Below are positions 15,940-24,124 of a stretch of 64,000 bases of DNA, one piece after another. Both the position numbers and the translations under genes were made by a program. The notes under the pieces were generated by a model. It was not told where the DNA came from. It made no database searches and was given only the letters and a program-made list of their open reading frames with translations. The stretch spans positions 542,566 to 606,565 of the forward strand of contig JAQGOL010000030.1 of assembly GCA_028293625.1 (NCBI GenBank). Reading direction: 5' to 3'. Position 1 is the stretch's first letter. Each line of letters begins with the position of its first letter. Source of the stretch: Chthoniobacteraceae bacterium (GTDB lineage Bacteria > Verrucomicrobiota > Verrucomicrobiia > Chthoniobacterales > Chthoniobacteraceae).

Positions 15940-16305
15940 ATGGCAAAGACGCGCTGTATCCAAGGGCGACCAACGAAGCTCACGCCCGGCCTTATCCAAG
16001 ATTTTAGATCGGTCTTCGAGCAAGATCTTCCCATGGCGGATGCTTGCGAGCGTTTGGGAATCGGAAAATCAACATTTCACCGATGGATGGATAATGGAAG
16101 CCGGGCCAAAAAAGGTCCGCTGCGGAAATTCCATGACGCCGTGAAAGACGCGCGTGCTGTCGCCGATACCCTCCACTTGGATAGGGTCGCAAATGCCCAT
16201 GGCTGGACCAATCAGCCGTGGTTTATAGAGTTCCGGAATTCGAAACGATTGAATCCACAGACCCAGAAAAGCGGATCTGACAAACAGCGACGCAAGACCC
16301 TCTAA
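15940..16305 (+). CDS. HTH DNA-binding protein, terminase-small-subunit-like (paralog of 9483-9827)
   Basis: MAKTRCIQGRPTKLTPGLIQDFRSVFEQDLPMADACERLGIGKSTFHRWM. Only this C-terminal third of track ORF 15487-16305 is homologous to the paralog; the upstream part is antisense to the kinase remnant. Confidence 0.65.
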   Translation: MAKTRCIQGRPTKLTPGLIQDFRSVFEQDLPMADACERLGIGKSTFHRWMDNGSRAKKGPLRKFHDAVKDARAVADTLHLDRVANAHGWTNQPWFIEFRNSKRLNPQTQKSGSDKQRRKTL

Positions 16306-16363
16306 CTCGCCGCAGCCGATAATCAACGCTCAGAAGGCGGCCATCCTGGAACCTCCGATAATG

Positions 16364-16379
16364 TGCGCCGCGTGGCGCC
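16364..16379 (-). promoter_or_regulatory. palindromic motif copy (minus strand GGCGCC-ACGC-GGCGCA-CATTAT)
   Basis: Plus strand TGCGCCGCGTGGCGCC, downstream of the 109-aa gene. It shares the GGCGCACATTA extension with the copies at 4029, 18266 and 29704. Confidence 0.45.
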
Positions 16380-16421
16380 TCGGTAATTAAGCCATTCGAA
16401 GATGCTTTAGGTCATTCAGTG

Positions 16422-16751
16422 TCAGCGCTGAAGCTTCTTCATGATTGCCCAAACCGCAGCATAGGCCGAACTCTTATGCTTCTGAGTGGGCGAAGCAGCG
16501 ATCTCCGATTTGAAGTTATCATACAGGATATCGGTGGAAAGCTGACGCATGAGGCCAAAACATTTGAGGGGCGCGATAATGATTCGGAAGCGATAATCGC
16601 CATCCGGGGTCTCAATGATTTCTGCTTTGACCTCCGTCCAGGCAATTAAGTCCTCAAGATCACCGCGTTCTCTGGCGCGCATTTGCATCATTGAAGGGTC
16701 TTCGGGGTATATGCTGACGGGAAAAAAGCCGTGATTAGTAAAAAGCCACAT
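16422..16751 (-). CDS. conserved mobile-element hypothetical protein (109 aa)
   Basis: MWLFTNHGFFPVSIYPEDPSMMQMRARERGDLEDL...DGDYRFRIII...LYDNFKSEI. I recall the MWLFT..GF..v / RAR / DY.YR / DYDNFK pattern from uncharacterised prophage and island proteins (recall only). Confidence 0.6.
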   Translation of the reverse strand: MWLFTNHGFFPVSIYPEDPSMMQMRARERGDLEDLIAWTEVKAEIIETPDGDYRFRIIIAPLKCFGLMRQLSTDILYDNFKSEIAASPTQKHKSSAYAAVWAIMKKLQR

Positions 16752-16778
16752 GGATAGATTTGGTATTTAAGGACGGAG

Positions 16779-16820
16779 TTTTGAGAGCCTTGGTAGTTTT
16801 GGGAGGTGGTAAGCGCGCGC
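16779..16820. repeat. third copy of the 42-bp TTTTGAGAG unit
   Basis: TTTTGAGAGCCTTGGTAGTTTTGGGAGGTGGTAAGCGCGCG lies 28 nt upstream (minus sense) of the 109-aa gene start. Related to 10005-10088. Confidence 0.6.
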
Positions 16821-16892
16821 GGCCGCGGCGGCGCCGATCGGGAGTGACATTTGGCTGAGGTTCTTCCAAAGCATTCCGATCCAGAAATATGA

Positions 16893-16910
16893 CTGCGCCA
16901 CGTGGCGCAG
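16893..16910. promoter_or_regulatory. 18-bp perfect palindrome CTGCGCCACGTGGCGCAG
   Basis: Read directly from the sequence. It lies between the zinc-ribbon gene stop (16951) and the 109-aa gene start (16751), and is the best copy of the TGCGCC-N4-GGCGCA family. Confidence 0.55.
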
Positions 16911-16950
16911 ACGTCCCGCAAAACGGCCGGGACTCAAGTGGTTGGAGAAG

Positions 16951-17808
16951 TCAACGTTGCTTGATGCCGAGGAACTTCTCCTTAAAGAAATAGGCGGTAG
17001 CATCCTGCACGTTGTAACCACTGAACCCATTCTTTGCCCGGTACCGGAATGTTACCGCCCAGCAGCGCCGCCCTTGGTAGGTTTCTGCGACCGGAGGCCA
17101 TGTTTGCACGAACTGAAGGGAATCCGGGTCGCGAAGGGTATGTTTCAAATACAGCTGAGCCTCGACCGGTGGCGTCGCGTTCTCCGAACTGCCAACCCAT
17201 GGCATGGGGCCAAGCTCAGCCTCGAGTTTATTTTTCTCGATCTCCGCAGCCGCCTTTCGTTCGGCTTCTGCTTTTTCCTTCGTCGCCTTGGCCGCCGTGC
17301 GTTCCTGCTCGTCGGCCGTTGCTTTCGCCTTGCGTGTGTCACGGATGCGCTGGGCGACATCACAAACCCGCGGTTTCGCGATGGCCTTCGCGCCTTTAAA
17401 GTCAAGCGTGATCGAGTCTGGCGTCAGGGCGGTCAATTTTACCACGGTGCCTACCGGCGCCTCGCTCGTTGAACCGGCGTCTTTCTCGGAAACGAATGTG
17501 ACGGGTTGTCGAAGAGTGACTAGCGCTGGCCATTCAGACCTTGTGACGGTCGCCAGGTCGGGCAGCGGCTCCGGAGTTGAACCGATAGGAGCAGTGGCGG
17601 AATTCAGTATCGAGCCGCTGTTTATATCGAACAAAGCCCGGCCTAGGCCGCAGAGAGCCATTAAGGCAAAGCCATATCCGATAAATCTAAGACAGCTACG
17701 GGGCCGAGGGCTTGCCGTGGGAGCGACCACCCGTGCGCCGCACTTGGGGCAGGTGGTAGCCTCGGAACTGATCTTGTTGCGGCATTCGGGACATTTGAAG
17801 AGGGCCAT
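16951..17808 (-). CDS. zinc-ribbon / single-TM / coiled-coil membrane protein
   Basis: FKCPECRNKISSEATTCPKCGA zinc ribbon, TM FIGYGFALMALCGLGRALF, a Lys/Glu/Ala-rich coil (KAKATADEQERTAAKATKEKAEAERKAAAEIEK) and a C-terminal LKHTLRDPDSLQF...FRYRAKNGFSGY domain. Confidence 0.7.
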   Translation of the reverse strand: MALFKCPECRNKISSEATTCPKCGARVVAPTASPRPRSCLRFIGYGFALMALCGLGRALFDINSGSILNSATAPIGSTPEPLPDLATVTRSEWPALVTLRQPVTFVSEKDAGSTSEAPVGTVVKLTALTPDSITLDFKGAKAIAKPRVCDVAQRIRDTRKAKATADEQERTAAKATKEKAEAERKAAAEIEKNKLEAELGPMPWVGSSENATPPVEAQLYLKHTLRDPDSLQFVQTWPPVAETYQGRRCWAVTFRYRAKNGFSGYNVQDATAYFFKEKFLGIKQR

Positions 17809-17925
17809 AGGGAGACGCTGTTAAGGAGCTGGTGTGGATAGGCATGAAGGCAGTCAACGCAAACGCAATCCTGCTCTATTTCGGAGCAATCCCCGCTCTT
17901 TGCGCCAGTATCGTCAAGCTCTCAG

Positions 17926-18201
17926 ATGGAGCAGGCCCGCCGACCAAATGTCGTTGGCTCGACAATTCGCAGGCTTCGCAGTGCGCAGAACCTGACCCAG
18001 GAGACGCTCTCGGCGCGATGCGGCGTGGCCGGATACGAGATCAGCCGGGGAACCCTTGCAAAAATTGAGGCAGAGATTCGTGGAATCGGCGACGTGGAGC
18101 TCTTCGTCATTGCCAAGGTCCTTGGCGTAAAGCTTGAGGAACTCTTCCCAAAAAATTTTGCCACCCGGCTTAAGACAGGCGAATTTTTTGCCGGGCCGTA
18201 G
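17926..18201 (+). CDS. XRE-family helix-turn-helix transcriptional regulator
   Basis: VGSTIRRLRSAQNLTQETLSARCGVAGYEISRGTLAKIEAEIRGIGDVELFVIAKVLGVKLEELF is a typical HTH_3/XRE domain. 91 aa, about 380 bp upstream of hsdM on the same strand. Confidence 0.85.
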   Translation: MEQARRPNVVGSTIRRLRSAQNLTQETLSARCGVAGYEISRGTLAKIEAEIRGIGDVELFVIAKVLGVKLEELFPKNFATRLKTGEFFAGP

Positions 18202-18265
18202 TGTTCCGTCACAGCATGCGCGATAGTGAATGCGCGATCCAGGCGTGTGTGACCCATCAGTTGGA

Positions 18266-18283
18266 GTGCGCCCACTGGCGCAC
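18266..18283 (+). promoter_or_regulatory. palindromic motif copy GTGCGCC-CACT-GGCGCAC followed by ATTAAAA
   Basis: 7-bp perfect inverted arms between the XRE gene and hsdM. Confidence 0.5.
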
Positions 18284-18492
18284 ATTAAAACTGGGAATTA
18301 GCTTTCTGTGCCGAAACAGCGATGAATAGGTGATCTTCCTCACGTCCTGGCATGTGGCCCGTGCGTCTATTTCGGATGTTTACACTTATGGCTTGGAGAT
18401 CCTGTTATTTCCTCGTAGGCCCTGGTGAATCATTTCTCGGATCTCCACCCTACACCGCTCGCAAGCCAGTTCTTGGTAATCGGACGTGTTAG

Positions 18493-18533
18493 GCCTCGCC
18501 ATTGCGAGGCATCAGGGCTGATTCTGCAGAATC
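18493..18533 (+). promoter_or_regulatory. hairpin GCCTCGC-catt-GCGAGGC plus 14-bp perfect palindrome GATTCTGCAGAATC upstream of hsdM
   Basis: Hairpin at 18493-18510 and palindrome at 18520-18533, 50-90 nt upstream of the hsdM ATG (18584). Candidate operator or leader structure. Confidence 0.35.
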
Positions 18534-18583
18534 CGACCGGTTTTCTTCCTCTCTTCAGTTTTCCACTTTTTTACGCATAGCAG

Positions 18584-21076
18584 ATGGCAATCAAAAAATC
18601 CGACCTTTACTCCTCTCTCTGGGCCTCGTGCGATGAACTGCGCGGCGGCATGGATGCCAGTCAATACAAGGATTACGTCCTGTTCATGCTGTTCATCAAA
18701 TACGTCTCCGACAAATACGGCGACTACGATGGATTCGAGCCGCCGGTGGTCATTCCAAAGGACGCGAGCTTCAAGGCCATGGTCGCCCTTAAGGGCAATA
18801 GTGACATCGGCAACCTCATCAACACCCAGGTTATCCAGCCACTCATCGACGCCAACGCCCGCCTGGCCCGCAGCGACTTTCCCGACTTCAACGACTCTAA
18901 CAAACTCGGCGACGGCGCGCAGAAGGTTGAGAAGCTTGGCAACCTCATCGCCATCTTCGAAAACCCCGCGCTCGATTTTTCCAAGAACCGCGCTGAGAAC
19001 GACGACATCCTCGGGGATGCGTACGAGTATCTCATGCGGCACTTCGCCAGCCAGAGCGGCAAGAGCAAGGGCCAGTTCTACACTCCGTCCGAAGTCAGCC
19101 GCATCATGGCCAAGGTCATCGGCATCTCCCCGGCCAATTCCAGAGCCGCCACCACCGCCTACGATCCCACCTGCGGCTCCGGTTCGCTGCTGCTAAAAGT
19201 CGCCGCCGAGGCCGGCAAGCACATCACCCTCGAGGGGCAGGAGAAGGACGTGACCACCGCCGGTCTCGCCCGCATGAACATGATCCTGCACGACTTCCCG
19301 ACCGCCAACGTGCTTTCGGGAAACACGCTCTTTGATCCCAAGTTCAAAGACGGCGAGCAGCTCCGCACCTACGATTATGTCGTCGCAAATCCGCCCTTCT
19401 CCGACAAAGCCTGGTCTACCGGCCTCAGCCTAGGTGAAGGCGGCAGCGGCGACCACTACCAGCGCTTCACCTGGGGCGCGCCGCCCGCCAAACAGGGCGA
19501 CTATGCCTACCTCCTGCACATCATCCGCTCCATGAAAAGCACGGGCAAAGCCGCCTGCATTCTCCCGCACGGCGTGCTGTTCCGGGGCAATGCGGAAGGT
19601 CTTATCCGGCAGCAGCTCGTCCGCTCTGGCTATGTCAAGGCCATCATCGGCCTGCCTGCCAATCTTTTTTATGGCACCGGCATCCCGGCCTGCATCCTCG
19701 TGCTCGACAAGGAAAACGCGACCGCCCGCACAGGCATTTTCATGATCGATGCCTCCAAGGGTTTTAAAAAGGACGGTCCGAAGAACCGGCTCCGCGAGCA
19801 GGACCTCCACAAGATCGTAGATACCTTCGCCCGGCTGGATGAAAGCGATCCACGCTACGCTCGAATGGTGCCCGTCGCAGAAATCGCTAGCCTGAAGAAC
19901 GACTACAACCTCAACCTCCCGCGTTACATCGACAGCACCGAACCGGAGGATTTGCAGGACATTGATGGCCACCTGCGCGGCGGCATCCCCGAGCGCGACA
20001 TTGATGCTTTCGGCAATTACTGGAAAATTATGCCTGGCCTGCGCGCCGCCTTGTTCAAACCGCTCCGCGCTGGCTACTCCGCCATTCAGTCACCCCAAGT
20101 CGAAATCAAGGCCACTATTTTCGGCCACGCCGAGTTCACTGACTTCACCGAGAAGGCCAGAAAGCTCTTTACACAATGGCAGACGGCATCCGTCCGGCGG
20201 CTCAAGGGCCTTGCCAAGGACGGCCATCCCAAGCCGCTCATTGAAACCATCGCCGAGGACCTGCTCGCCGCATTCAAGACCGCGCCGCTGCTAGACGCCT
20301 ACGATGTTTATCAGCACCTCATGAACTACTGGGCAGAGACCATGCAGGACGATTGTTACCTCATCGCCGATGCTGGATGGAAGGCGGGTGCATTGCCCCG
20401 CGAAATCCGCCAGGTCAAAAACAAGGAAGGCAAACTCGTCTGGCCCGAGAAGGAAGACTTCAAGAGAGGCAAACGCCGCTTCAAGTCCGACCTGGTCCCG
20501 GCCGCGTTGCTCATAGCCCGGTATTTCGCCGTCGAGCGGGATGCCATCGCCGCCCTTGAAGCCGAACTCGCCGCCCTGGAGCCGCAGCTCGACGAAATGC
20601 GGGAGGAACAAAGCGGCGAAGACGGGCTGCTCGCCGAGGTCATCGAAGGCGAGGGTGAAAAGCAGAAAATCACCACCAAAGCCCTGAAGGCCCGCCTCAA
20701 GGAGATCGGGCGCGCCCCGGACTACGCCGACGAGCGTCAAGCTCTGGAAGCCTACGCCCAGTTATTCAATCAGCAGGCGGAGACCAAGGCCCAGCTCAAG
20801 ACCGCACAGGACGACCTCGAAGCCAAGCTCGACGCCAAATACCCCACGCTCAGCGAGACCGAAATCCACACCCTCGTGGTAGACGACAAATGGCTGGCCA
20901 CCATCGCCGCCGCTGTGCAGGGCGAACTGGACCGCGTCTCGCAAACCCTCACCGGCCGCATCCGCCAGCTCGCCGAACGCTACGCCACTCCGCTCCCGCA
21001 GCTCACCGAAGAAGTGGCGATGCTCGCCGCCCACGTGGACGAACACCTCAAAAAGATGGGGGCGGTATGGAAGTAA
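18584..21076 (+). CDS. hsdM: Type I restriction-modification system methyltransferase subunit (long form, 830 aa)
   Basis: N-terminus MAIKKSDLYSSLWASCDELRGGMDASQYKDYVLFMLFIKYVSDKY, SAM motif DPTCGSGSLL and catalytic VVANPPFS. The C-terminal 300 aa or so are a coiled-coil-rich extension. Confidence 0.92.
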   Translation: MAIKKSDLYSSLWASCDELRGGMDASQYKDYVLFMLFIKYVSDKYGDYDGFEPPVVIPKDASFKAMVALKGNSDIGNLINTQVIQPLIDANARLARSDFPDFNDSNKLGDGAQKVEKLGNLIAIFENPALDFSKNRAENDDILGDAYEYLMRHFASQSGKSKGQFYTPSEVSRIMAKVIGISPANSRAATTAYDPTCGSGSLLLKVAAEAGKHITLEGQEKDVTTAGLARMNMILHDFPTANVLSGNTLFDPKFKDGEQLRTYDYVVANPPFSDKAWSTGLSLGEGGSGDHYQRFTWGAPPAKQGDYAYLLHIIRSMKSTGKAACILPHGVLFRGNAEGLIRQQLVRSGYVKAIIGLPANLFYGTGIPACILVLDKENATARTGIFMIDASKGFKKDGPKNRLREQDLHKIVDTFARLDESDPRYARMVPVAEIASLKNDYNLNLPRYIDSTEPEDLQDIDGHLRGGIPERDIDAFGNYWKIMPGLRAALFKPLRAGYSAIQSPQVEIKATIFGHAEFTDFTEKARKLFTQWQTASVRRLKGLAKDGHPKPLIETIAEDLLAAFKTAPLLDAYDVYQHLMNYWAETMQDDCYLIADAGWKAGALPREIRQVKNKEGKLVWPEKEDFKRGKRRFKSDLVPAALLIARYFAVERDAIAALEAELAALEPQLDEMREEQSGEDGLLAEVIEGEGEKQKITTKALKARLKEIGRAPDYADERQALEAYAQLFNQQAETKAQLKTAQDDLEAKLDAKYPTLSETEIHTLVVDDKWLATIAAAVQGELDRVSQTLTGRIRQLAERYATPLPQLTEEVAMLAAHVDEHLKKMGAVWK

Positions 21077-22260
21077 AAACCGGTTACAAACAGACCGAGG
21101 TCGGAGTCATCCCGGTGGAGTGGGAAATAACGCCATTTGCCGAACTCTTCGCGTTCCGAAACGGTGTTAACGCTGACAAAGCATCGTATGGCCAAGGCGT
21201 TCGCTTCATCAACGTCCTTGAGCCAATAACCTATTCCCACATCCACGGACCGGAAATCACAGGTCAGGTTACGTTGCCCGAAACGGTGATCGCGTCTTAT
21301 TCAGTCCGACGGGGCGATGTACTCTTCAATCGCACGTCAGAAACGCAGGAAGAGGTTGCTTTGGCAGCAACTTATCTTGGGTCTGAACGCGTGGTGTTTG
21401 GAGGGTTCGTCATTCGCGGGCGACCACTCGACCAGCGGTTCGATCCCGTTTACTCGGGTTACGCTCTCCGCGCTCCGCTCATTCGTTTGCAAATTATTCC
21501 GATGGGTCAGGGCGCGATTCGTGCCAATATTGGCCAGCAGAATCTCGGGCTTGTCGTCGCTCCCGTCCCCCCCGTCCCCGAACAACGCGCCATAGCGGAG
21601 GCGTTGAGCGATGTAGATGAATTGCTCGGTGGACTGGATCGGCTGATCACCAAGAAACGCGACCTCAAACAGGCCGCCATGCAGCAACTCCTCACGGGCC
21701 AAAGCCGCCTCCCCGGCTTCCACGGACAGTGGGAGGAAACGACTTTTGGAAGTGTCGTCCGGCATCATGCAGGCAATTCGACTTTAATTAAAGGAAAGCT
21801 TCCATCATCTGAAGCCACAGGACGATTTCCAGCCTACAGTGCTTCGGGGCAGGATGTTTGGTGTGACCACTTTGAACACGAAGGTGACGCCATCGTGGTT
21901 TCCGCAGTCGGCTCACGTTGTGGAAAAGCATTCAAGGCTTCGGGAAAGTGGTGCGCAATTGCCAACACGCATGTTGTCTGGCCGAACGCCGCAAAAATCG
22001 ACACGCGGTTTCTGGCGTATTTCATCAACGACGAAGACTTTTGGCAGAAGAGCGGGACTGGTCAGCCATTTGTGCTCTTTACGAAGACATTTGCTCGGCC
22101 GTTGCACTTGCCTAAACTCTCCGAACAAACCGCCATCGCCGATTTATTGACAGAGATAGACTTGGAGCTGGCGGGGCTGAAACAGCGGCGGGAGAAGACC
22201 CGCGGTCTCAAGCAAGCCATGATGCAGGAACTCCTCACCGGAAGAACGCGTCTCGTGTAG
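21067..22260 (+). CDS. hsdS: Type I R-M specificity subunit
   Basis: Starts MEVKTGYKQTEVGVIPVEWEI at ATG 21067, overlapping the hsdM stop by 10 nt. Two target-recognition domains separated by conserved helices (EQRAIAEALSDVDELLGGLDRLITKKRDLKQAAMQQLLTG and EQTAIADLLTEIDLELAGLKQRREKTRGLKQAMMQELLTG). Confidence 0.9.
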   Translation: MEVKTGYKQTEVGVIPVEWEITPFAELFAFRNGVNADKASYGQGVRFINVLEPITYSHIHGPEITGQVTLPETVIASYSVRRGDVLFNRTSETQEEVALAATYLGSERVVFGGFVIRGRPLDQRFDPVYSGYALRAPLIRLQIIPMGQGAIRANIGQQNLGLVVAPVPPVPEQRAIAEALSDVDELLGGLDRLITKKRDLKQAAMQQLLTGQSRLPGFHGQWEETTFGSVVRHHAGNSTLIKGKLPSSEATGRFPAYSASGQDVWCDHFEHEGDAIVVSAVGSRCGKAFKASGKWCAIANTHVVWPNAAKIDTRFLAYFINDEDFWQKSGTGQPFVLFTKTFARPLHLPKLSEQTAIADLLTEIDLELAGLKQRREKTRGLKQAMMQELLTGRTRLV

Positions 22261-22265
22261 CTTTT

Positions 22266-24104
22266 ATGAACAAGCAAGACCTTTCCACCCTCTTCGTTGT
22301 ATCGTTGTTTCGGATCCCCGACTACCAGCGCGGCTATGCTTGGGAGGATAAACAGATTTCCGACTTTATCGAAGACTTAGATGCATTGGTCGAGGAGCCA
22401 ACCGCTAACCACTACACTGGAACGGTTGTTACCTTTTCTCCTCAGAACGGAGCAAAGAAGACTTACGGTACAAAGCAGCTGAGGGTCGCTGATGTCGTCG
22501 ATGGACAGCAACGCCTCACAACGGTTTGCCTGTACCTCTCCACAATCCTGCGGGCACTAAAACAAGTTGGCGAAACCGCCTACCATCGCGACGAGGAGGA
22601 TTTCCTGTATTCTGGTGCGACTTGCAAACTGACGCCCGGCAACGACACTGCAAACCTGTTCTTCGACTTGTTGAAATCGGGTCACCCGAACACGACAGCG
22701 GGACTCCCCCATGAGAAGCGAATGGTCCACGCGGCGATGAAATTTCAAGCGCACCTGCAAAAGCAGATGAAAATCAAGGGAAGCGAGGGGACCGCGTATC
22801 TGAAGGAGTTGCACCGCGCCATCACCCAGCGCCTTCTTTTCACCTCCTACACCATTGAGGAGGAGTGCGAGATCGGGATGACGTTCGAGCTGATGAACTC
22901 GCGGGGCAAAGACCTCTCCGTCCTGGAACTACTCAAGAATTACCTGATGCATTGGGTTTCCCGAAACGAACCGGAGCCGGCAAAACGGGAGGAGCTTGCG
23001 GCACTCATCAACAAGAGCTGGAAAGACACCTACAAGAACCTCGGCGAGTGCGACGGCGACGAAGATCAATGCCTGCGTGTGGCATGGACGCTGTATTGCA
23101 GCCATCCGCCAGCTAATTGGGGCGGATACGATGGATTTAAAGGTGCCGATTTCATTCCGCTCCGCGACTTCTCACAAGCGACCAAAGAGACGGCAAAGGA
23201 GTTTCTTAAAAGCTTCACCGAAGCTCTGGCAGAGGTTTCCCGCCACTACCGAGTGATCATCAATCCCACGGCTACGAATACGCAGTCGCCGGAAGAACTC
23301 CGCTGGCTAACGAAGATTCACAACACGGGAAATATCGCGAATTTTCTGCCGCTGCTCGTCGCAGCCCGAAAGCGCACGGTTGCCGGAGACATCGCGCTCC
23401 CAGAGTACATGAACCTGCTCAAGGCGCTAGAGTGCTTTGCCTATCGTGTCTTTCTTTACAATGGTCGGCGCAGTAATGCCGGCAAGTCGAACTTCCACCG
23501 ATGGGCGTGGGAGATCAGGGACGGCAGCCAAAAAATCGGGGATGTAACGACATGGATTTTCGAGCTAACGCGCTACTACCATCCGGAAGCGGAGTTCACG
23601 GATGGCAATGCTCCGCTCGGTGACTGGTATAGCGGACGACGCTTGTTGCGCTACACGCTCTACGAGCTTGAGTTGAAACTGCTTGACGATGAGGGCAAGG
23701 GTGCGAGGCCGAAACTCGCATGGGAAGACCTCAGCGACTTCACGATTGAGCACATCCTTCCGCAAAATCCAAATGATACGTCGAATTGGAAGAAGGTGTG
23801 GACCGACGCCGAACGGGCGGAGTGCCTGCATGACATCGGAAACCTGGTTCTGACACTGAACAACTCTAACTATTTAAATTTCGATTTTGATAGGAAGAAG
23901 GGATCACCTGGGATCAGCCCGTCGTATTGCGACTCACCGATTCAGCAGGAACGGCGAATCTCTCGATACACAGACTGGACGAAAACGAAGCTGCTGGAAC
24001 GGCGGGGCGAGCTGGTCGAATGGATCAACGAGCGGTGGAAGACTGAGGGCGCTGCTACCAAGCACATCGAAGTCAACGAAGACGAGAACGAAGACGGCGT
24101 TTAA
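22266..24104 (+). CDS. DUF262/DUF1524 (GmrSD-like) nuclease-family protein embedded in the R-M operon
   Basis: N-terminal [24 protein letters not shown] and DGQQRLTT (DUF262/ParB-like). C-terminal IEHILPQN...[14 protein letters not shown] (DUF1524 His-Me finger). Starts 6 nt after the hsdS stop and ends 20 nt before hsdR. Confidence 0.85.
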   Translation: MNKQDLSTLFVVSLFRIPDYQRGYAWEDKQISDFIEDLDALVEEPTANHYTGTVVTFSPQNGAKKTYGTKQLRVADVVDGQQRLTTVCLYLSTILRALKQVGETAYHRDEEDFLYSGATCKLTPGNDTANLFFDLLKSGHPNTTAGLPHEKRMVHAAMKFQAHLQKQMKIKGSEGTAYLKELHRAITQRLLFTSYTIEEECEIGMTFELMNSRGKDLSVLELLKNYLMHWVSRNEPEPAKREELAALINKSWKDTYKNLGECDGDEDQCLRVAWTLYCSHPPANWGGYDGFKGADFIPLRDFSQATKETAKEFLKSFTEALAEVSRHYRVIINPTATNTQSPEELRWLTKIHNTGNIANFLPLLVAARKRTVAGDIALPEYMNLLKALECFAYRVFLYNGRRSNAGKSNFHRWAWEIRDGSQKIGDVTTWIFELTRYYHPEAEFTDGNAPLGDWYSGRRLLRYTLYELELKLLDDEGKGARPKLAWEDLSDFTIEHILPQNPNDTSNWKKVWTDAERAECLHDIGNLVLTLNNSNYLNFDFDRKKGSPGISPSYCDSPIQQERRISRYTDWTKTKLLERRGELVEWINERWKTEGAATKHIEVNEDENEDGV

Positions 24105-24124
24105 AACGTAAACACCCCGATCGC

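Noticed and set aside
20890-21066. Long N-terminal extension of hsdS inside hsdM
   Set aside because: The extension (MAGHHRRRCAGRTGPRLANPHRPH...) is a frame-shifted read of the hsdM coiled coil. The conserved HsdS sequence begins at ATG 21067, with the usual short overlap.
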